From positions 128,001 through 192,000 of the forward strand of contig JBEKIW010000001.1 of the NCBI GenBank assembly GCA_050011565.1: a stretch of 64,000 nucleotides of DNA, read 5' to 3'. The DNA comes from Dehalococcoidia bacterium (GTDB lineage: Bacteria; Chloroflexota; Dehalococcoidia; GIF9; UBA5629). Numbering within the stretch: position 1 is the stretch's first letter; the number at the start of each line of letters is the position of its first letter. Both the position numbers and the translations under genes were made by a program. Below the pieces are notes generated by a model. That model was given only the letters and a program-made list of their open reading frames with translations, was not told where the DNA came from and did not search any database. Shown here one piece after another: positions 57,269 through 64,000 of the stretch.

Positions 57269-57736
57269 ATGAAAGGGGATAAAAAAGTTATTGATACTCT
57301 AAACTCGCTCTTGGCTGATGAGCTAACAGCCGTTAACCAGTACATGGTGCATGCCGAGATGTGCGAAAATTGGGGCTATAATAAACTGGGCGAGACCATC
57401 CAGAAGCGCGCTATAGAAGAGATGAAGCATGCCGAAAAGCTAATCGGCCGTATTCTGTTTCTCGAAGGCATTCCAATTGTCAGCAATCTCAGAAAAATGA
57501 CCATTGGTGCCGATGTGGCCAAGATGTTTGGCAGCGACCATGCTTTAGAAGCCGGCGCCATAAAAAGCTATAACGCTGCAATCGTTGTCTGTGGCGAGGC
57601 CAAGGATTTCGCCACGCGCGAAATTATGGAATCTATACTCAAAGATGAGGATAAGCATATCGACGGCATTGAAGAGGTACAGGACCAGATTTCGCAGATG
57701 GGTGCGCAGATTTTCCTGTCGACACAAAACAAATAA
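57269..57736 (+). CDS. bfr: Bacterioferritin
   Basis: MKGD, ELTAVNQY..H, EEMKHA..LI.RILFLEG, DEDKH. Confidence 0.95.
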   Translation: MKGDKKVIDTLNSLLADELTAVNQYMVHAEMCENWGYNKLGETIQKRAIEEMKHAEKLIGRILFLEGIPIVSNLRKMTIGADVAKMFGSDHALEAGAIKSYNAAIVVCGEAKDFATREIMESILKDEDKHIDGIEEVQDQISQMGAQIFLSTQNK

Positions 57737-57776
57737 AGCGGTCATACTGTTTCGTCAAGGCATGTAGGAAGAAGAC

Positions 57777-57813
57777 GAAAGCCCCCTGTTTTTATTATTC
57801 GGGGGGCTTTTTC
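57777..57813. terminator. Likely bidirectional intrinsic terminator between convergent bfr and ppdK
   Basis: AAAGCCCCCTG...CGGGGGGCTTTTT stem with A/T tracts on both sides. Confidence 0.75.
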
Positions 57814-57835
57814 TATTGCAGTGGCACAACATGTA

Positions 57836-60121
57836 CTAGGAAGGCAAAGGAGCAGCGAATTCGATTTCAGCGTCTTCCCGCTGATGAATAGCTGCCTGTG
57901 CAGCTACTAGTTTAGCTATAGGCACTCTGAACGGGCTACAACTTACGTAGTCGACATTTATGGCGTTGAAAAACTGAATTGACCTGGGCTCTCCGGCTTG
58001 CTCTCCGCAGACGCCGATTTTGATGTCTTTCTTGGCTCGTCGCGCCCAGAATATTGCCGTCTCCATTAATCTGCCCACACCTTTAACATCTATAATCTCG
58101 AAGGGGTTGTCTTCAAGGATGCCGATTTGGAGGTAGGTTGATAGGAACTTCTTTTCAGCATCTTCCCTACTGAACGAGAACACTGCCTGAGTGAGGTCAT
58201 TGGTACCAAATGAGAGGAAGTCTGCCGCTTCAGCTAGCCTGCCGGCTCTCATACAGGCACGCACTGTTTCCATCATACAACCGACTTTTAGCCTGGAGCC
58301 TTCCAGACACTTTCCTTTTATCAAAAGTAGCTCTTGCAGGGTAATGACCTGTGGTATCATCACCGAGACATCGGCAGGCATCTCCAGCTTAGCAGCTTCT
58401 ATGGCTTTAATCTGCATTTTGTAGATGTCAGGGGATGTTACCGCCAATCTGACGCCTCTGTGTCCCAGCATAGGATTTATTTCCTTCAGAGCAGCTATAC
58501 GCTGCTTCATGCGTGGATTAGTGGTTTCCGCTTCCGATGGTAGAAACTCATGAAGCGGCAAGTCGAGAAGTCTGATAACGATGGGTAAACCTTTTAGCTC
58601 CTTGAAAAGGGCAACAAAGTCCTCTTTTTGGAGCACAGCCAGCCGTTCTAGGGCTGCTGCTTTTCTAGCCTCAGTTTCCGCCAGTATGAATTCCCTTATG
58701 GCTGAGAGGCGTTCTGGCCCGCTGAACTGACGCTCAGTGCGACACAGCCCTATCCCCTCGGCACCCAGTTTTATAGCCTGGGATACCATTTCCGGCATGT
58801 CAGCATTGGCCATTACTCCCAGGCGCTTGAATCCATCAGCCCAGGTCGATAACTCTCCAAGCTCCTCTATCATCTGCCCTTCCTCTAAAGGCAGTGATCC
58901 CAGATAGACAGCGCCGGTTGTCCCGTCTATGGTAATCTCATGACCTTGGCGCACCACCTGTCCCTTGACCTGGAATTGTTTCAGGTTGAGGTCTATTTCA
59001 ATCTCCTCAGTTCCGCAGACGCAGGGTTTTCCCATGCCGCGGGTAACTATGGCAGCATGAGAGGTAAGTCCGCCTTTCGACGTCAGTATCCCATCTGCCG
59101 CTGCGATGCCCTGAATATCGTCCGGGCTTGTCTCCGGACGGACCAGTATTACTGGCACGCTCCTTTTTGCCAATCTCATTGCTTCACTTGGCTCAAACAC
59201 AACTTGTCCATGCACGGCACCTGGAGCTGCGGCTAGTCCTTTGGTCAAGGGGCGATACGACTCAGGCGATGCTATGTGCTTATGCAGTAGCGCTCTCAGG
59301 TCGTCGGCGGTCAAGCGAGTGATAGCCTCTTCTGTGATGATAAGCCCCTCGTGAACCATATCAACGGCAACCTTGACGGCTGCACGGCCGGTTCTCTTGG
59401 CAGACCTGGTCTGCAGGATATACAGCCTCCTGGACTCAACGGTGAACTCTATGTCTTGCATATCGCTGTAATGTTTTTCTAATAGTTCAGCCATTCCCTG
59501 CAATTGTGCGTAGACATTCGGCATGCGCTTTTTAAGGTCGGTGATTGGACTTGGCGTCTTCGCTCCCGATACTAATTCCTCGCCTTGGGCCTGGCTCAGG
59601 TATTCACCAAAGAGTTCTTTCTGCCCGGTACTGGGGTCACGACTGAATACTACACCCGTGCCAGAATTTTCATCCTTGTTGCCGAAGACCATGGCTTGAA
59701 TTATGACTGCTGTGCCCAGGTCGGCGGGTATGTTGTTCAGACGGCGGTATTCCACAGCGCGCAGGTTGTCCCACGAGTCAAAAACCCGTTTGGCGGCTAT
59801 TTTCATATCAGCTATATCATTCACATTCAGAACGGTATCCATCATGCCCGGCATGGACACCGGCGCTGAAGAGCGTACGGAGACCTGCAGCTCTTTGCCC
59901 AGCTTTTTACCAGTATGTTTTTCTAGGTCAGCCACAGCCTGTTTAATTTCTGCGTCTGGCAACATGCCGCTTTTTTTGTACTCTGTGTAAGATTTAACCG
60001 ACAGAATAAATCCCGGCGGAACTGGAAGTCCCAACCTGGTCATTGTTACCAGGTTAGCCCCCTTATTGCCCAGAATGGCTTTATCTTCACAATTATCATG
60101 GAAAGTGTATACATTGGACAT
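57836..60121 (-). CDS. ppdK: Pyruvate, phosphate dikinase, shortened form (start likely ATG 60121)
   Basis: GNKGANL, SVRS.A..SMPGMMDT, GGLTSHAA phospho-His, NPMLGHRG, FGTNDLTQ. Confidence 0.9.
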   Translation of the reverse strand: MSNVYTFHDNCEDKAILGNKGANLVTMTRLGLPVPPGFILSVKSYTEYKKSGMLPDAEIKQAVADLEKHTGKKLGKELQVSVRSSAPVSMPGMMDTVLNVNDIADMKIAAKRVFDSWDNLRAVEYRRLNNIPADLGTAVIIQAMVFGNKDENSGTGVVFSRDPSTGQKELFGEYLSQAQGEELVSGAKTPSPITDLKKRMPNVYAQLQGMAELLEKHYSDMQDIEFTVESRRLYILQTRSAKRTGRAAVKVAVDMVHEGLIITEEAITRLTADDLRALLHKHIASPESYRPLTKGLAAAPGAVHGQVVFEPSEAMRLAKRSVPVILVRPETSPDDIQGIAAADGILTSKGGLTSHAAIVTRGMGKPCVCGTEEIEIDLNLKQFQVKGQVVRQGHEITIDGTTGAVYLGSLPLEEGQMIEELGELSTWADGFKRLGVMANADMPEMVSQAIKLGAEGIGLCRTERQFSGPERLSAIREFILAETEARKAAALERLAVLQKEDFVALFKELKGLPIVIRLLDLPLHEFLPSEAETTNPRMKQRIAALKEINPMLGHRGVRLAVTSPDIYKMQIKAIEAAKLEMPADVSVMIPQVITLQELLLIKGKCLEGSRLKVGCMMETVRACMRAGRLAEAADFLSFGTNDLTQAVFSFSREDAEKKFLSTYLQIGILEDNPFEIIDVKGVGRLMETAIFWARRAKKDIKIGVCGEQAGEPRSIQFFNAINVDYVSCSPFRVPIAKLVAAQAAIHQREDAEIEFAAPLPS

Positions 60122-60272
60122 AGTTCTGCCCCCCCCCAAAATAGATGCTAATTAGATAGTAACCAGAAAATTATATCCCGCGCTGGCGGGTATTTCAATT
60201 CACACCGGGTTTCATGAGGACATGTACGCGTAATAGAATACCAGGGTCAACTGAGGGCGGGTTAAACCTGAA

Positions 60273-61802
60273 TTATTCCAGGTAGTCTTTGAGTTTACGG
60301 CTGCGGCTGGGATGGCGCAGCTTGCGCAATGCCTTGGCCTCTATCTGGCGGATTCGCTCGCGGGTCACATTGAATTCCTTCCCCACCTCTTCTAAAGTTC
60401 GGGGTCTATCGTCCTCTAATCCAAACCTGAGTAGTAAAACCCTTCTCTCCCGGTCACTGAGTTCAGAAAGTACCTTGGTTAGTTGCGCCTTAAGTAACTC
60501 TCGTGAGGCAGCCTCGGCCGGCGGCATGGTAGTTCGATCTTCAACAAAATCACCGAGGTCGCTGTCTCCCTCTTCGCCGATAGGAGCTTCTAAAGACAGC
60601 GGCATTTTAGATAGTTTCAAGACTTCCCTTACTTTTTCCGAAGGTATGTCCATGGCTCTGCCGATTTCCTCGACACTCGGTTCACGCCCATACTCTTGAG
60701 ACAGCCAGCGAATGGTCTTATACAACTTATTGATGATTTCCACCATGTGCACCGGGATACGAATAGTACGGGCCTGGTCGGCTATAGCCCGGGTAATACT
60801 TTGCCTTATCCACCAGTGAGCGTAAGTGCTGAATTTATAGCCTTTCCTGTACTGGAATTTGCTCACGGCACGAAACAGGCCCATGTTGCCTTCCTGGATA
60901 AGGTCGAGGAGTGGTATTCCATGTCCGGTATATTTCTTGGCCACGCTGACTACCAGGCGCAAGTTGGCTTCAATAAGCTGTTTCTCTGCTTCACTGGCCG
61001 TTCTCTTAACCTGGCTAAAATGGGTTGTAAGCTTCTGGCTCCTAGCCCGAAGTTTGGCAAGTAATTCACGATTAACGGGCTCGGCGGCTAACGATTTCAG
61101 CTTACTAGGCGAGGTTCCATCTACTATGCTCTCCAGTAGTTCCATGGGCAAAAGCCGGCTATCTAAGGAAAAGTCTATCAAGCTCCGCCCGACTTCTGAA
61201 GTGCTTTTACCGTTGGTTTCGGTGATAGCTTTCACCAGTTCGGGGTCGATTACGCCATCGATAGCTGCTCGCAGTTTGGGATCGCGAATTGTCTGGATGA
61301 AGTTATGGTTCGTAGCAATCTCAAAGCGCCTGGAGAGAATACGTACTACGGGCCAGGCGGCAAGCAAATGACGAAGCAAATAGATTGTCGTTCTAACCGC
61401 CGCGGAATATTTGCCGTCTTGCTGGGAGCTAAGGTCTTCAATCTTTGCCAGGTACTTGGCTTCTTCTAATTTACTGGCTAATACCTTTTCATCTTTGGCG
61501 GTGAGAAGCGAAACCCTGCCAATCTCGTGAAGATACATGAGGACCGGGTCATCAACTGGCTGTTCCCAGGGCTCTGCTTCCAGATTCAGCGCGGGCTTGG
61601 CTTCTCTTTCTGTCTTATCTGCCCACTCGTCTTCAGGGTCGGCAGATTCCTCTGCGCCCCAGGGCAGGACAGGTTCTGCAATTTCTCCTTCTGTCTCATC
61701 ATCGTGCAAGGAGCCCCAGGTGCCCCGGGCAAGCGCAATCGGCTCAACCTCGGACGCAATACCGAGGACTTCTTCCGAGTTCAGTCCATCATTGTTTTTC
61801 AT
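60273..61802 (-). CDS. RpoD-like sigma70 factor (likely second paralog; start likely ATG 61802)
   Basis: DDPV.MYL.EIG region 1.2, long insertion, [42 protein letters not shown]; no dnaG upstream. Confidence 0.92.
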   Translation of the reverse strand: MKNNDGLNSEEVLGIASEVEPIALARGTWGSLHDDETEGEIAEPVLPWGAEESADPEDEWADKTEREAKPALNLEAEPWEQPVDDPVLMYLHEIGRVSLLTAKDEKVLASKLEEAKYLAKIEDLSSQQDGKYSAAVRTTIYLLRHLLAAWPVVRILSRRFEIATNHNFIQTIRDPKLRAAIDGVIDPELVKAITETNGKSTSEVGRSLIDFSLDSRLLPMELLESIVDGTSPSKLKSLAAEPVNRELLAKLRARSQKLTTHFSQVKRTASEAEKQLIEANLRLVVSVAKKYTGHGIPLLDLIQEGNMGLFRAVSKFQYRKGYKFSTYAHWWIRQSITRAIADQARTIRIPVHMVEIINKLYKTIRWLSQEYGREPSVEEIGRAMDIPSEKVREVLKLSKMPLSLEAPIGEEGDSDLGDFVEDRTTMPPAEAASRELLKAQLTKVLSELSDRERRVLLLRFGLEDDRPRTLEEVGKEFNVTRERIRQIEAKALRKLRHPSRSRKLKDYLE

Positions 61803-61872
61803 CTTAATAGAAAAAGGGGCTTCTACTAAGTACAAGTGCCATATGTCTCAGGCATGTCGAGCAGAAGGAGAT

Positions 61873-62187
61873 TTAGTATCTTCTCTGTCTGCCTCTGCCG
61901 CCGCCAAACCCTCCGCCTCCGCCTCCGCCTCCGCCTCTGCTGTCTGTGCGAGGGCGAGCCTCATTAACATCGAGCGTTCGCTCCTTCAGTGTTTTGCCTT
62001 TGAGGCCGGCGATTGCAGCTTCGGCTTCGGCCTTTGCTGGCATTTCAACGAAGCCAAATCCCCTGGATTGCCCGCTGTATTTGTCCTTTATGATGCTTAC
62101 GGAGGTGACTCCGCCGAAAGCCTTGAATTCCTCTCGTAATTCATCTTCAGTTATATCAGACGATAAGTTGCCGACGTATATATTCAT
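61873..62187 (-). CDS. RRM RNA-binding protein with Gly/Arg-rich tail
   Basis: IYVGNL (RNP2), RGFGFVEM (RNP1), VNEARP. Confidence 0.95.
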   Translation of the reverse strand: MNIYVGNLSSDITEDELREEFKAFGGVTSVSIIKDKYSGQSRGFGFVEMPAKAEAEAAIAGLKGKTLKERTLDVNEARPRTDSRGGGGGGGGGFGGGRGRQRRY

Positions 62188-62220
62188 ATTTTGCGCCTCC
62201 TTCTATTATCATATTGTGTA

Positions 62221-62256
62221 ACATACATAGGCCAGGCATCCCCGGCCTATGTATGT
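62221..62256. other. Perfect 13-bp intergenic hairpin
   Basis: ACATACATAGGCC / GGCCTATGTATGT. Confidence 0.75.
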
Positions 62257-62290
62257 ACCTAAAGCCGAACTAGTATTTCCGGCTATGTTC

Positions 62291-62482
62291 TCACCTGCTG
62301 TTGTCGCTATGCCAGCCACCGTTTGAACCACCGCGCTGTTGTTTCTTAGCCTGTCGGCATTGAGGACAACGCTTGGGGTCATTGGTAAAGCCTTTAGACG
62401 CGAAGAACTCTTGTTCCCCGGCAGTGAAGGTGAAGGTAGTCCCGCAATCGGGACAGGAAATTGACTTGTCTGTGAAACTCAC
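62291..62482 (-). CDS. Zinc-ribbon domain protein (zf-trcl type)
   Basis: DK...C.DCG..F.FTAGEQEFF..KGF.N.PKRC..CR; GGAGG RBS, GTG start. Confidence 0.9.
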   Translation of the reverse strand: MSFTDKSISCPDCGTTFTFTAGEQEFFASKGFTNDPKRCPQCRQAKKQQRGGSNGGWHSDNSR

Positions 62483-62596
62483 TGAATGACCTCCTCTCTT
62501 ATGAATAGTTGGTTAGAGTTGGGGTCATCCAGGACTTGCGTAAATCTAACGTAATCTAACTGGTTTATGATAACCTAAACTGAAACCACCACTTCT

Positions 62597-62625
62597 ACTA
62601 TACACCAAAGCTCGCACTATTACAA
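62597..62625 (-). promoter_or_regulatory. Sigma70 promoter for the zinc-ribbon/RRM unit
   Basis: Minus strand TTGTAA-17 nt-TATAGT. Confidence 0.6.
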
Positions 62626-62742
62626 ATGACAGCTTGCGGGTTTCCCTAGATGTCACGCGCCTACGGGTGACCGCTCTCATCTGCTTGTATCTGGGTGGTA
62701 GGGTCATCTGAGGGCAGATGACACCTAAAAAACTATATTTCG

Positions 62743-62810
62743 CCGCTCATTCTGAGCCTGTCGAAGAATGAATCTCTCTCCCTTTTGTAAAGGGAGATTG
62801 AGAGGGATTT
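62743..62810. repeat. Composite palindromic repeat, inverted copy of 41857-41922
   Basis: Reverse complement AAATCCCTCTCAATCTCCCTTT...AAAGGGAGA...ATTCTTCGACAGGCTCAGAATGAGCGG. Confidence 0.88.
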
Positions 62811-62812
62811 TA

Positions 62813-63390
62813 CTACTGAGCTATTAACAACCCCTTATCCGATACCAGCCTGTCAATCTCTCGATGCAGGTCGTCGAGCGTGTCGTCGTTACTTATGGAA
62901 TAGTCAGCAAGACCTTCTGCTTCTTTTAGAGAGAACAGCTCTTCCTCCGCCTGGTCCTGGCTAGGAATTGCTCGTAGCTGTGCGGGTCTCTACCTTCGCC
63001 TCTTGCGGTCATCCGGCTGTAGCGGACGTGAGGGTCGGTGATATACACATTTATAAGTATGAAATCCTGGTCGAAAATGCCTTTTAATATAGAGACGTCG
63101 TTCAGCGAGCGTATACCGCTTATACCGGCGATTTTCCAGCCGGTCTGGCGTATCTTGTCAGCCAGCAGCTTCACAAAATAGCCTTTACCGAATTCACGGA
63201 AATATCTATCGGAGATTTTACCCAGGTTCTCCCTGGTCGGCTCCACTCCTTCGTTTGAAGCAAGTTCTCTGACCACATCTCCGGTAGACAGAAAGGGCAC
63301 GCCATGTTTAGCGCGGAGATATTTAAGGACTTCGTCTTTTCCCGAGCCGTTCTGGCCTATGGCGCCGATTATCCTTACGTTAGCTGGCAT
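62813..63390 (-). pseudogene. P-loop NMP/dephospho-CoA kinase-like protein with a one-base frameshift near 62961
   Basis: GQNGSGKD Walker A, STGD, GIRS..D; the alternative frame continues QDQAEE...ADYSISNDDTLDDLHREID to TAG at 62813-62815. Confidence 0.8.
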
Positions 63391-63505
63391 GTCTCTATCC
63401 TATTCCTGGGTGTCACCCGCCTTCGGTTAATGATATTTGGTTTGGCTGGAGATAGATATTTTACTAGCTTCGCTTCTATCTGGCAATTTTATGAGTGACT
63501 GGCTA

Positions 63506-63534
63506 TTGACAAATATTCCAACTTATGGTACTTT
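63506..63534 (+). promoter_or_regulatory. Sigma70 promoter for the ice-binding gene
   Basis: TTGACA-17 nt-TACTTT with extended -10 TG. Confidence 0.65.
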
Positions 63535-63595
63535 ATTCCTAATAACCAATACTTGACCTTATAAGTAACAATACAGCAAAGTCTTAGGAGGAGTT

Positions 63596-64000
63596 ATGAA
63601 ACTACAGAAAAGGGTTTTGTTCTGGGTAGCCACATTGGTCGTTCTGGTGGCTATTTTTGCCACACCTGTTGTGGCGCTAGCCTCAACACCACGAGTAAAT
63701 TCAAATGCGGCTATTTATCCTATGGTGCCGTTTTCGCCATCATTGGGAGACGCGAGCAGCTTCACGGTTCTAGCCTATTCGCTAATCTCCGACGTCGGTG
63801 CTTCTTCTCATATAAATGGGAACGTTGGATTGAGTCCAACCACCGGTGCGGCTATCGGTCTGTTGTGCACACAAGTGACTGGGATAATATACGAAGTCGA
63901 TGCGGGCGGTCCTCTGTGTTTCGTAACTAACCCCGTCTTACTGACTAATGCTCAGCTTGCTAACAACGCTGCATTCGGTCAGCTTAGCGCGGGGGCTAAC
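63596..64000 (+). CDS. Secreted DUF3494 (IBP-1) ice-binding-like protein, 3' truncated by window edge
   Basis: Not in the ORF track. AGGAGG RBS, signal peptide MKLQKRVLFW...ALA, then SLGDASSFTVLAYSLIS...HINGNVGLSP...VTG.IY..D matching the DUF3494 N-terminus. Confidence 0.82.
   Translation, partial: MKLQKRVLFWVATLVVLVAIFATPVVALASTPRVNSNAAIYPMVPFSPSLGDASSFTVLAYSLISDVGASSHINGNVGLSPTTGAAIGLLCTQVTGIIYEVDAGGPLCFVTNPVLLTNAQLANNAAFGQLSAGAN

Noticed and set aside
60129-60137. G9 tract at the ppdK RBS as a phase-variation switch
   Set aside because: A single short homopolymer that can simply act as a G-rich SD; no evidence of length variation without reads.
61895-61938. (GGAGGC)n microsatellite
   Set aside because: Explained by the Gly-rich tail normal for bacterial RRM proteins.
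62270-62293. UGA of the zinc-ribbon gene followed by a small hairpin as a second Sec site
   Set aside because: The domain is already complete, the read-through peptide has no Cys or redox context, and the hairpin has a large loop unlike a SECIS.
62640-62726. Two short hairpins (GTCAC/GTGAC, GTCATCTG/CAGATGAC) as an ncRNA
   Set aside because: No recognisable family, promoter or terminator; insufficient support.
1899-62810. Repeated ~28 nt palindromic units as a CRISPR array
   Set aside because: Copies are dispersed over tens of kb, not regularly spaced with unique spacers, and no cas genes are present.
1-64000. tRNA, rRNA, transposase, integrase or prophage genes
   Set aside because: None recognised; long ORFs are accounted for by other families and the intergenic gaps lack cloverleaf or rRNA signatures.

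Overview
Gene-dense bacterial chromosome segment, most likely from an anaerobic heterotrophic Chloroflexota of class Dehalococcoidia (inferred from the 11-subunit complex I with a DUF2007 insert, the TCA gene order and the RpoD type). In order it holds the leuS 3' end, yggS-proC, SAM methyltransferases, ferredoxin-coaD-rsmD, a nuoABCDHIJK-(DUF2007)-LMN operon lacking nuoEFG, NAD kinase/ArgA-like GNAT, a two-lipoprotein insert, and a ~12.3 kb minus-strand operon joining a transcarboxylase to aconitase-like LeuCD, IDH, MDH, fumarase and Sdh. It continues with folP-folK-PTPS, an accessory block (RNase J-like MBL, FRG protein, ICMT, GH-A-like lipoprotein, MscS), GNAT-M20, zf-lemA-htpX, an acyl-CoA dehydrogenase pair, cysteine synthase, GH3, abfD, HD-GYP, bfr, a short PPDK, a zinc-ribbon/RRM/second-RpoD unit and a truncated DUF3494 ice-binding gene. 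No rRNA, tRNA, CRISPR, integrase or transposase was seen, but the intergenic spaces carry several families of nested palindromic and heptamer repeats. The best novelty candidate is a putative selenoprotein at 18595-18984: a membrane-anchored protein with a long Gly/Ile tether ending G-G-U-G-C-G-G, with a SECIS-like hairpin just after the UGA. Other highlights are SD-sequestering RNA leaders, a displaced mscS 3'-end duplication bracketing a 2.7 kb cassette, a dual-motif PTPS replacing FolB, and a possible cold-response locus. All calls come from motif recognition by eye; no database searches were run.
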